Shown: positions 37,846 to 49,832 of the stretch, one piece after another | How the letters are laid out: the number at the start of each line of letters is the position of its first letter | How positions within the stretch are numbered: position 1 is the first letter of the stretch | Source of the DNA: Diadema antillarum | Lineage: Eukaryota | Reading direction: 5' to 3' | NCBI RefSeq assembly: GCF_040938485.1 | Contig: NW_027271595.1 | Coordinates: 310,001 to 374,000, forward strand | DNA: 64,000 nucleotides | The notes under the pieces: generated by a model | What the model was told of the DNA's origin: nothing | The model's input: the letters and a program-made list of their open reading frames with translations, nothing else | The model's database searches: none | Position numbers and translations under genes: made by a program

Positions 37846-38594
37846 GGGCAATTCTGCAGTTAGGTGAACATGACGTGGATAAAAGAAATGTGCCTCTTTA
37901 TCTTATTCTTTAATTTAGGTATCAATTAATGCTGTGGATGTTCACCAATCACTAAGGTCTTTCAAATTCAGGTTTTATTTTTCGTATTTATTGATTTTGC
38001 GAGATCTAAAACCATCATTTAAAATGTACATGTGGGACTGGGGAGCTGAAATTCACTTAAATGCCAATTACAGTGGGTTGCTTTGAAATTTTTTCCTTAA
38101 ATTTTTGCTAAAAGGTAAAAGATGAATACATTGAAGTACTCCAGAAGTCATGCAACATTTTGTCAATTATAAAAGGGTGAAATGACCTGCGGAATTACTC
38201 AGGACAAATGTAACGTTACTAACCGTAACATTACTAACCACGCATTTGGGGGTCTAGCTAATAAATTATCGGTTGAACTGCTAAAAATATTTGCATGAAC
38301 ATTTGTCATGATGCAATAATTGAAATCAATGCAACACTTTATATGAACTTTTTGTTACAAGACATTGATTTTTTGGTCATGTCTTTTTTCGTAACGTTAC
38401 TAACCAGCCCTTCTAGTTGCCGTAGCAATTCTAATATTTATTGGATTGTACTCATTCTTTTCTATATCATAGACCTGGGAAGGATGTACATGTCTTAACA
38501 TGATTTTGACTTGAAATGAATAAATGGTGATTTAGTAGTAAAAATACATTTCTAAATTTCTTTAAATGTAACGTTACTAACCGCGGCATTGCCC
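37846..38594. mobile_element. Non-autonomous element with GGG...CCC termini and 4-bp TSD (Sola2-like), copy A
   Basis: TIR GGGCAATTCTGCAG / CCGCGGCATTGCCC with TSD ATAA/ATAA; inverted homolog at 57938-58709. Confidence 0.8.
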
Positions 38595-39327
38595 ATAAGT
38601 GTTTCAGATGCCCTTTTCAAATGTGGCTTATGTATGTAATTATGTATTGGTGGAAGAAATTGTGCCTTTCAACTGTTGGATATACCTGCTGAAGTTATTA
38701 GGTTCAAGGTCACGTTTTGAATATGCCAGAAATTACCCCATATCTCTGAAATACATTTATTTCAGAAAATAAAGTGTGTGCATGTATTACCATGTAAAAA
38801 AAAACTGGAGGGAAAGTTTTGAGTCATTGGGTAAAACTGATTCTGATTCTGATTGTAATTTCTTGAGCCATTGGGTTCATAAGTAAAAAAAAAAGAAATT
38901 CCTAAGGTGAAAATGTCAAAATTTGTCATTCAATCCTCACATTTCCCATTATGACTTCTTTTTTTTTTGCCATAAATTTTTACCCTGTTATATCTCTTTT
39001 TATCTGTTATATCTCTTTTTTAAAAATCTGTTATATCCCATTCACGTACAATTTCTTTTACGCGATTGGGCGAGACACATTATGGCACTTGCCTTGTCTT
39101 GTATAAATAGCATCAATGTGTGTTAAAGATACATAATGAAATGCCAGATAGTTGCAATTACTCTATATCGAATGTTATTATTTGTATCTTAATTGTTATA
39201 TTATTTTTATTAATATAATTGTTTTTAATATCTTCAATGATGTTCTCTACACCTTTAAATTATTTAGTGCAAAATAATAAATGTATATTTATATCCTGTA
39301 TATTATATATTTATTCCTGTATCTTAA

Positions 39328-40027
39328 CCCTAATCAGGCCGGGCTCCCGCCGCGATGTTTCATGACTTTTTTCTTTCAAGTATCGCGCAACTTTTGAGAC
39401 CAAAATTGTTGCGCCCGCGCATACCGTTTTGACGCGACGCCCGTTCGAAAAAAATTTGTCAACCCCAAAATTGCTCCAAAACGTGATTTTGTGTACAAAT
39501 CCAATGCAAATTGTGTTTTTTCAATTAATTCACATAAAAATTCATATCTTGACTTAGAATGGACGAAATTAATTTATTTTAGCATAATAAAGCTTCGAAA
39601 AATGTCTGTGACAAATTTTGGCCAAAAAAACAAACAAAAACAAAAGGTCGAAAAACAAGGAAATACATAAGAAATTAAAAAAACAATCAAATACATAAGA
39701 AATTAATTTCGATACAGATTTTTTTTATCCTATGTCTCAGGAGAATGATACAAGAAACATTTTTAAAAAGAAATTAGCTTAATTAGAGCATTAATAAGTG
39801 ATTTAGAGCCCAGAACTGATTTTATGCATAAATTACAATAATTAATTAATATAAAATATAAGAAAAATTTTTCGGAGAAAGCAACCATACATTTTGATAG
39901 TATACGTCGCGGGCGTTGCGTGTGCCGATTTTCGGCGCGATCACGCGTTCCACAGGCGAGATCTGAAGGGGGGGCGGAATCCGCCCCCCCGATATAGCAT
40001 AGCCAAAAAAGCCCAGCCTGATTAGGG
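39328..40027. mobile_element. piggyBac-like MITE, copy A
   Basis: TTAA TSD on both sides; CCCTAATCAGGC...GCCTGATTAGGG termini. Confidence 0.88.
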
Positions 40028-40575
40028 TTAAAAGTATAGTTGCAGAAAGTCTGTTATAAATATTGGAAATTATCAGTAAAGCGATCTTGTGAAAGAAGAT
40101 GTGGGCAAGAGGTAATTGTCAAGTGAAAATGATCAAATCCTCTAATACTAGCCCTCTGCAACAAATGAGTCATCAGAATGAAATCTGTAGTATTTCAAAA
40201 ATGTTTGAGCACGTCATACATTTGAGGTTGTGGTAACAATATTTCAAGTCTCTCATTTTGAAGACCAGACAAATTGGAAAATAATGTAATATTGCAGAGT
40301 TATACTAGTCACAACGGCAGCATTTGTATTTATGTGTTAAAACCCACAGAAGAATAACTGATTGCATCGTTGTTTAACTTAATCATTTCTTTCAAAAAAA
40401 ATATATTGTGTTTAACCAAACCTCTAGCCAGATATCTCTCTGCAAATGGAAAAAATAGAAAAGCACATGCCTCCACCAAGCCAGGAACTCATTTCCACCC
40501 TTACACGCATGCAATTTCCAGAAATGCTATTACTAGTAAAAGCCTTTTGCTTATGTCATTTTACGCTGCATTTAA

Positions 40576-41572
40576 AGGGAAGGTAAACCCAAAGAGCAAT
40601 GTGGATTGAGTGAAAGCAGCAACATTAGTAGAACACATCAGTGAAAGTTTGAGGAAAATCGGACAATCGATGCAAAAGTTATGAATTTTTAAAGTTTTGG
40701 TGTTGGAACTGCTGGATGAGGAGACTACTAGAGGTTATGACGTATGAGAGGACAACAATACAAAGAAAATACATTGTATAAAGGAAATTCAACAAAAATT
40801 CATTTTTCTAGCATTATGAAAGAGCACTTGACTAACCACTTTCAGAAAGCAGGGGGAGTAATTGCTACCCTTAACCCTAAAGGGGCCGGGCTTTTTTGGC
40901 TATGCTCAGACCGGGGGGATGGATTCCGCCCCCGATCGCGATGAAATTTTGCATGCGTGAGACCCGAGTCATAATCTACAAGATTGTGTCATAAGATTTT
41001 TTTGAAACAATCAATTTCTAATTTTAATTAATTAATTGTGCAAATTAAGCTCAAGATGATATTTTAGCCTAATTAAAAGCAATGAGAGTCTAATTTTTGA
41101 TCTGCAAATCTGTTTTAGCATATTCAACAATTGTACATCACAAAAACTTCCAAATCTCATTTCAATTCTTATGTATTTTATTGTTTTCAGAATTTCTTAT
41201 GTATTTCTTTGTTTTTCAACTTTTGTTTTTTCTTTGTTTTTTCATTGGAAATTGTCACTGACCACTTTTCTACCATAATTAGCACAAAATCAATCAATGA
41301 AAGTGATTAATTGTAAAAATAATCAGGTTTTTATGACTTTCATGACAGAGCACTGTTTTCCATAGGAAATGTACACAAAATCACAAAATTGTGACCGTTT
41401 TGGGGCGACATTCCGTGACAAAAATGGGCGTGGCTTCGCAAAAGTATGCGCGGACGTTGCAAATTTGGTCTCAAAAGTTGCGCGAGACTTGAATGAAGAA
41501 AGTCAAGAAGTCTCGCGACGAGGCCTTCTCGCGTTACAGAATTATAGCGCGAAACGTCGAGGGGGGCGGATT

Positions 41573-41607
<35 letters not shown>

Positions 41608-41888
41608 CACTTTTAGGGTTAACATGTGTCAGTATCAAGTTGACAGAATTTGTAATTTTCATGAAAAATGGATTTTTGTAGAATTTTCTTTATATTTTCT
41701 TTGTATTGTTGTCCACTCATACGTCATAACTTCTAGTAGTCTCTTCATCCAGCGGTTCCAACACCAAAACTTTAAAAAGTCATAACTTTTGCATCGATTG
41801 TCTGATTTTCTTCAAACTTTCACTGATGCGTTCTACTAATGTTGCTGCTTTCACTCAATCCACATTGTTTTTAGGGTTTATCTTCACT
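40576..41888. mobile_element. Kolobok-like MITE interrupted by a piggyBac-like MITE
   Basis: TTAA TSD at 40572-40575 and 41889-41892; long arms homologous to 29472-30026. Confidence 0.82.
40875..41618. mobile_element. piggyBac-like MITE, copy B (inverted relative to copy A)
   Basis: TTAA-CCCTAAA...TTTAGGG-TTAA; reverse-complement homolog of 39328-40027. Confidence 0.88.
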
Positions 41889-42295
41889 TTAAGGGCAGAC
41901 CTTACTGTGTTGATGTTCAGGTAAATTTACATTTTTTGTCAAAAGATTAAAAATTCTTCAAAAATGCACATAAGTGTCAGGTCTTTACCAAAATCGAATG
42001 AGGAGTCTGTTGTATCAGTATTGACTTTCTATGCAAGTTTCATGTTTGTCCTTTCAAACCTTATTAGCAATTTTGCAAACAGACAAACCAACGCTGATTA
42101 ACACTTAACCTCCTACTTTGTAGCCGGAGGCTATAAAGAAAATAAAAGGCGAAAATATGGCTAATTTAGTCTTTGTTTCACTGTCAAGGATGTCATGAGA
42201 TTTTAGTGAAATGAATAGAAATGTAGCAAGTGAAAATGTAAGATTTCATTTGGTGATTACACTACACTGAGTATGTCTTAAATTGAGGAACTTGT

Positions 42296-42493
42296 TAAAT
42301 ATGTTACTGTCAGTTTTTGCATTGGAATTAGATATGTTACTGTCAGTTTTTGCATTGGAATTAAATATGTTACTGTCAGTTTTTGCATTGGAATTAAATA
42401 TGTTACTGTCAGTTTTTGCATTGGAATTAAATGTTACTGTCAGTTTTTGCATTGGAATTAAATATGTTACTGTCAGTTTTTGCATTGGAATTA
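42296..42493. repeat. 33-bp minisatellite, 6 copies (one 31 bp)
   Basis: Unit TAAATATGTTACTGTCAGTTTTTGCATTGGAAT, near-identical, with no spacers. Confidence 0.97.
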
Positions 42494-44618
42494 CCTCTCT
42501 CATTACTGATGTACATATGGAGTAATAAATTTTAATGTATATAATATGAATGAATTAGTCTATCAGTCATATTGATTTCTACACTAACATTGGATTTGGT
42601 GGTTCAACTCTTAACAGATAGGTCATATTCATAAGCTGCTTAGAGTAACTTCTCACTTGTGTGCAGCAAGATATCGAACATATTCTGCACGGGCAGCAAC
42701 ATCAGACAGGTCACTCTCTGGGATGGCATCCTGTGGAATGGCATCATGTTGCAGCTCTGCCATCAACATGTCATCCATGACTTCATCAGGTCCACCACAG
42801 TCCTTGCTCAACTTGAACAGGATGCAGCGTGCCATTATCACCTAATGGGATAATAAAATTGTAGCACATTTATGTTTATGGATGAATCAAATATGGATAT
42901 GATCTTTGGAGGAATGATGTTACCGTACAGAAACATGATGTAGAAGTTAAGAAAGATTGTAAATAATCTGTGAAGAAGTCACAAGTTTTACATGTATTTG
43001 GATGATACCATTGCTTGACGAGGATAAAGATTGCTAGTATAATACAGTTACATTAGTTGGCATAGACAAATATATACATGAATGAGATTTTTTTTTTTCT
43101 CATGTTCACTGAAAAAAAAATGCAAGGGTGATGATCATCGAAGAATTAATTGGAAAAAAGATATCAATATTACTCATGTTTTTGCACTGTATCATTTGAA
43201 CTTTTTTTTTGCAGGGGATAGTGAATACCATTATTAGTAATTATCTATTATTACCTTGCAGGCTTTTTCTGGCCTCATCTGCATTCCGTGTCCAAGAAGA
43301 CATCTGAATTTCTGTTTCAATTGCCCATTCACCTGCTCAATCAGGACCCTTGTTTTGATTTGAGCACTGTTTGATGAAACATACATATTAAAGAATGTTT
43401 GAATTGCATAATTATGATATTCACAAGTATTTTTTTTTTAATAGACCGTCCCTTTTATGAATCTGTAGATAAAAAATGAAAGCACAGTGCTTATGACGTT
43501 ACGGTTTACCTTTCCTATACACACAGCTTTGATAATGAGTTAGTTTCATTGACACAAGTCACATACTACATTAAGATGATTTGTATTGTTTTCTGAGTTT
43601 ATCTAATTTTATTTCAATACTAGAGTAGCATAGACGCTGTCATTTCATTTTTTTTAAACTGGTTTTTATGTACACCGTATCTTCCAGCAAGGTCACTCAC
43701 TTGTTGTAGGCTTCTTCCTGCTGGTTTTGTGGATTTTCGAAGGGAGTCAGGAGCCATGGTTGGAGAGGGTAGCCCGAATCCCCTAGAAGTACTCCTTCCA
43801 GCTGTCCTCTTCCAAACAGCTCTGCTAGCTTGCTGGTCTGTTTTCAAATGACATCAATGTTAAAAAAATTGATAAGAGGTAAACATTATCATAAACAACT
43901 ATAACATTTTCTCCCTAAAGAAAGAATGTTTGTTTAAAATAAATGTGGAGAAACTTTAAAAATGATAATAACAATAAAAAATTTGCCAACACTAAATACA
44001 CAGATTCTAAGCCTCTAGGAACACATATGGCTAAAGGACAGAAGAAAATACAAAACCTGATTTCATTATATTTCTGTGCCTCAAAAAATAAATCATTACT
44101 TCATCTCAAGTAACATTGAAGTTAGCATTTAAAGAGTACTAGTCCCAAAGTGCTTATTCATGTTGTGTGTAAGAAGGCTATCTGTTTTAGTTCATTATAT
44201 ATTGTATTTACACTAACATCTAATTTATTATTTCTTGTTGTCAACGGCTATATCTTTTGAAGCTAACTCTGAGAATTCTACTATCATGCGTTGATCCAGG
44301 CCACTTTGCTACTACGCTTGTGATGCGATATCTGCTGTTGCAGACCAACTGCACATTTATGCTATGTCTGCCCTTTCGGTTGATGTATATGTGCTCATCT
44401 GGGCCAAGATGTGCTCCATGTAGTCCCACATGTGTCCCATCAACACAGCCGAGTACGTCAGGGAGACCTGCTACTCTCTGAAAGCCTCTCTTTGTTTCCC
44501 CACATGCTTCTCTTGTTCATGGGAATTTGATCACCTGTAAATGAAGAGGAAGTGTATTGCCAAAATTAGGCTTAAAATTGAATTAATTCACAAGAAAGAT
44601 TGTCAGAATGAAGCATTA

Positions 44619-47600
44619 TAGTCCGGCAGCCAAAAGCCATTTTTTTGGTTGAAGTACTTTTTCTCTGATATAGTTTTTTTCTCTGTTGATTATTCATCTT
44701 TGGGGTCTCTTCAATGATATTCAGGTGGGTGTGGAGCTCTCACCCTTGGGCAATTTTAATTATTCAAAATGGCGTCCAACATGGCCGCCACACAGCCCTC
44801 AAATTAGGAAAATGTATGTAATCATGTGTTTCAAGTGCTACTATACCAATGTTTAAATTGGAGCATTTGTCTAAAGGTCCAACAAGTTGAATAAGATATT
44901 TTTGACATTTGTTGCAAGACAGTTTTTATGGTAAACATTGAATAATTAGCTTAAAATCCCTAAAATGCATAAGATAAATACAAAATGATATGGAATCGGG
45001 TTTGCGATGTGTGATTGTTGCTGGAGGGACATGTTGACCTGAATGTTTGGCAGAAAATCGTAGAAACTATTTTACTTAAAGGACCTGAGTAGATGGTTGC
45101 CATGGATACTTGCTCTTTGGCTGGTTGCAGACATGATATTTAACATACGAATGTATAGTCCCGGGATGTCTTAGAATGTATATGAGTAACCTGTGTATAT
45201 AGGAAGCTCATCAATCTGTATAAGAAACTGACTACATGGTCGCCATGGAAACTTGCCTTTTTCTTGATGTTATACATGTTACCATGAAAGTATCATCTTA
45301 AGAGATAAATGCCTACGATGTCTTGAAACATCATAAAATCATATACATTTACTGGTACATAAAGAAAATCCTATGATATCAAGTAGGGGAGATGCAGGAG
45401 AATTGAGCCACTTTTTCTAGTTTTGGATATGTTTCCTAATCAATCCTTGCTCACAACAAGTGTCTGTTACCAAACTGAAGTACAACTATAAACCTGTCTT
45501 GTAGCTATGAAAATTTCTTCTAGGTCATTGCCTAATTTTAAAAAATAAAAACTTTCTCTAGAAAAATAAATGTCAACACTCTGCAGTGTAGGGAGAGTTG
45601 AGCCATGTTTTAAGGAGAGTTGAGCCACCTTTAGAAGATATGTGCCACTTGTTTGAGAGTTAAACCACGACGTCAAACCATAAAGATTAGATTAAAAGAT
45701 CGGCTTACAAGTAGCCAGAAATAAATCTTAGCTAACAAAATCGGTTTTATCCTAAATTCAGGCATAGAACCATCTGAAAATTTAAGAAGTTCAAACACTC
45801 GTAATATGCACTAGTGTCTTTATTCTTAAACAGAACCACTCATATTGGGGCTGGCGCTATGTTTTAAAAGTGAGGCGACCTGGTTTATATTTCTGGTGCC
45901 ACTTCTGGGTTTTACTGATAAGCAAAAAAAAAAGGGGGGGGGGGAGAGGGCTTAACTATAAATTTCTGATGCCACTTCCGGGGTTAATCGGCTGAATCAG
46001 CTGACAAGAAAAATAAAAGAGAGGGGGGCCTATCTCACTTTTCTTGTGCCTCTTAAGTATAAAATAGTGTGGGGATCCTAGTGGTAAGACCCTATATATT
46101 CCTATATATTATGCCCCCTCCCCCCCCCCAAAAAAAAAAAAAAAAGTTGAGGCGAGCCCTCACCCCTTATTTGCGTCGGCCCTGTGTACTACAGTGAAAA
46201 GTACAATTTTGCGTCATGATATTTTGCAATGGAACTTCTTCAAGTTTGATTGAGAAAGGTTTGCGGTGGCACCACTTTGTTTGGCAGAAGAGACTAGAAA
46301 GAGGGGAATTAAAGAGGGAAGCGACATATGAGGGTTGTAAGGAGGGCAAAAAGTGAAGAGTGGGGGATAGTAAGGGGTCGGAAGTTGAAGTCAAGTACTT
46401 GTGGAGACGGTAGAGAAGGGAACAGAGAGAGTGGTAAGGAAGAATAGAGTGAGAATCAAGTAAGATATTTAAGATTTTTTAAGTTTACTCATCCCCTCCC
46501 TATGTCTTATAGATACTATAATCCCTCGCATAATGAAGCAAAGTAAAAATAAGCTACTCATCAGAACTGGAACCTGAATCTTAAAAACTAACAAGACCTA
46601 ATTTAGAAACCTACATGTACTACAGAAATGAAACAAGAAAAGTAAGTCATAATAATATGTTATTTTTGTTACAGAAAATTATAACAAACACATATTTTCT
46701 TTTTTTTTTCAGATTGTTTGTGCCTTCTACACTTGTATAATATCAACTTCTGTTAAATTAATATGCATGACTCATGAATAAAAACTTCAGGCAAGTGCAG
46801 TAAGATAATTAACAAAAATCATGAAACAAGCTGGATTATTTCATTCTCAAGGATTGTAGTTTATAACAATGTATGTATTGATGTCAATGTCATGAAAACA
46901 TGTGAAAGTTATTTCATTATAGCCTTCACCTTGTTGCACATAGGAAGTCTCATTTTGAAATGTTGTTTTCACATAACACCTAATGAACGATTTTGAGGAC
47001 ATTTATGCAGGTTGTAATATTGCAATGTATGTTCCAATAATCTGACAAAACCATGAAATTATTTCACACTGCATGATTTCATTCATATCATAACTTGGAA
47101 ACAAATGAAACCATGCACATCACCATGCAGCTAACAGTCGGTTTATCCACCAATACGTATTACACAAAGATGTTGTTAGTCTCTTACCATCTAACTTAGT
47201 GTCAAACAATTTTGTTGCAATGTATATGTATGCATGTTATGGGACTGTCCTTGAAAGTGACATTGAGCAGTTACTATGGCAACCAGGACATATCAACTTC
47301 ATATAACAGAGGGAGGTACCGGTATGTGCAACCAATATAGGCATATGTAAGACCTGAAATGTGATATGTCACATTTTCACATCATTGCTTTACTGCAGTT
47401 TAACCCTTCGGTACGTATTCACAATTAAATTCACGTCTAGGTTGCTATGGCAACTATAAATATAAATAAAGGCTAGATTAATGGTTACTTCATTAAGACT
47501 AAGGGGTATGCAGGTAATTGGTATTTTGTGCATGTCGCACAAATAACAAGCATTTTTGTGTATTTTGCATACTTTTCTAACTTGTTATGAGGTTTGTTTC

Positions 47601-47900
47601 GATGTATTGATGGTTACCATGGCAACCAGATTCTACTTATCAACTAAAGACATTATACTAATATTACCGGTCTTTTAGTTGAGTGTTCTAATTGAAATAC
47701 TAGTTGTTTCAGTGACATTTTTCTGGCTTTTAGGCTTCATGGCGGCCATTTTGGACACCATTTTGAATAATTAAAATTGCCCAAGGGTGAGAGCTCCACA
47801 CCCACCTGAATATCATTGTAGAGACCCCAAAGATGAATAATCAACAAAGAAAAAAACTATATCAGAGAAAAAGTACTTAGCCCCCTCGGCTGCCGGACTA
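44619..47900. mobile_element. Academ-like non-autonomous transposon (3.28 kb) in transposase intron 1
   Basis: TAGTCCGGCAGCC termini plus ~140-bp subterminal inverted homology; 3-bp TSD TTA at 44616-44618 and 47901-47903. Confidence 0.82.
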
Positions 47901-49097
47901 TTAATCAATTTCAACATTTTCCTAAACATTTGATTAATCAAAGAGATACATTCTATTACTCTTCTCATAATCAAACAAGCATTCATACTGTTTTGCATCT
48001 TTGAATGTGTTATAAACGTGAATAGTCCAAATACATTGTACATTTACTGCTTGACACATGTAGGTATGCTTTCTTAATGAAAAATCAGTTGGATTTTTTC
48101 TTATGATTGTAATGACTGTCTTTAATGATGAATATAATGCAAGTGGATATCATTCATACACTACATTCGATTAGATAACCAAACTTAGTAATGATACCCC
48201 ATCACTTGGTAGTAAATTGAAACACAAGCTACGGTAAGAGATAGAAATTATGTCATTTCTATTACATGTGTACTGCAGTACCTTTGAGATATGTACTACA
48301 TGTAGTAGTTGAAAAAGAAAAAAAATAGTTATTATAGGTAGACCTATGGGGCATAAACTGAGTAAAACGACCCATTATATTTAGAGTACAAAATATGTTA
48401 TATGTTTCAAAGCTGGACTATAATGTAGTGCTTCCATGTTGTTCTGCAAAATTTTCTAGAAAAAGTTTAATGGTTATGAATTACCCCATGTAATGTTTAT
48501 AATTCAGGTGAAAACAGACATCTTTGTGAGATATTTCACGTTTGAAATGACCTAATATTTTTGACCTGAATTTAATAGCAGGAGATATAGGCTTACTATT
48601 ATGTCATAAATGTGAGGAAAAGCTGAAGTGTGAGGACAAGCTCTGGGGGTAGAGGGTTTACATGTTTCTTTGTGTCCATTTTCTACCTTTTTTAATTTTG
48701 AGTGTTGTTAGTGGGGGGGGGGGGGGGAGGGGAAAAACAAATGTAACCAAAAGTGATTTTTTTTTTTTTTTTTTTTAATGTACAGGCGTGTATGCTATGC
48801 ATACAATATTGGAAGCAATGAAGGGGAAAGTTGCAGATATATAGGACCGGTGTTGTAGGAAAACTGTGATTTGATAAATTTTCTCTTATCTCTACTGAAA
48901 TTCAGAATGGGGGACTAGCACCATTAAATATTGGTGTGATGGGTTATACGTGTATTTCCAGTTGACGTGTAATACATGTGCAAGTAGTGGCTGTCATGGC
49001 ATATAGTTATGGATGTATACACCCGCTTTTAAAAAAAAAACTGTAGTGGGGAGGTGGTGGGGGGGGGGGAGGGAGGGAATCGACCCCTTACTAGAAC

Positions 49098-49832
49098 CAA
49101 GGAGGTTCTAGAGAATGGAGTCACAACCGTCTTATTTCCTTTGCTAGATGTTCGAAGCCGCCTCTCAAAAATATTTAAAGCATGTGCCAAACAAGATCTG
49201 CCATGCAGATACGAAGACGATTGACTCGTGTCTCATTGCATAATCACCAACCACTTTCAAAGGAAGATATGTCTTTGTGATGGTAATCACTTTTCGCTAT
49301 CCCTTCTTATAAACGGTAAGTGGTACACACACGAAGATGCGCGAATAGAAATTGAGCAAAAAATGCTGAAATAAAGATGAAAATTACTCGACTGGGCATA
49401 CCCTGGCACTAATCTGATATATCTATCAATAAAGAATTATACTTGAAGATCATTCCATATTAATTCATTTGTGGAAATTAAGCGGAAAATTGATAAAACC
49501 AGCTTTCCAGGATGGTACAGTTTTAAACATTTTCACATGATACAGCTCTGATTTACGCTTTTGCACAAATTTCTGGACAGGATTATCTTTTGTTTTACAT
49601 GGTTTATCATTAAGTGAAATTTCATTTCATTTAATGAATAAATAAGCAAAATATGGCCAACATTATGATAATGTTCAAAATGAATCTTCCGATTGCTCAG
49701 CAAGACGGCGGCTTGGAACATTGATCATAAAAGGCACAAGTGCACCTGTGGAATTCTTTTGTACATCAAAAGAAATCTGACCACTGTTTGCATAATTACA
49801 GCCAGTTGAAACTATTGTATAAAACCTCCTTG
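49098..49832. mobile_element. P-element-like non-autonomous transposon, copy B
   Basis: CAAGGAGG TIR with 7-bp TSD CTAGAAC on both sides. Confidence 0.85.

Noticed and set aside
42246-42525. Repeat-containing ORFs or possible CRISPR-like array
   Set aside because: Pure tandem repeat with no unique spacers, in a eukaryotic context.
45846-46184. Possible hAT MITE inside the Academ-like element
   Set aside because: Poor TIR match and no TSD.
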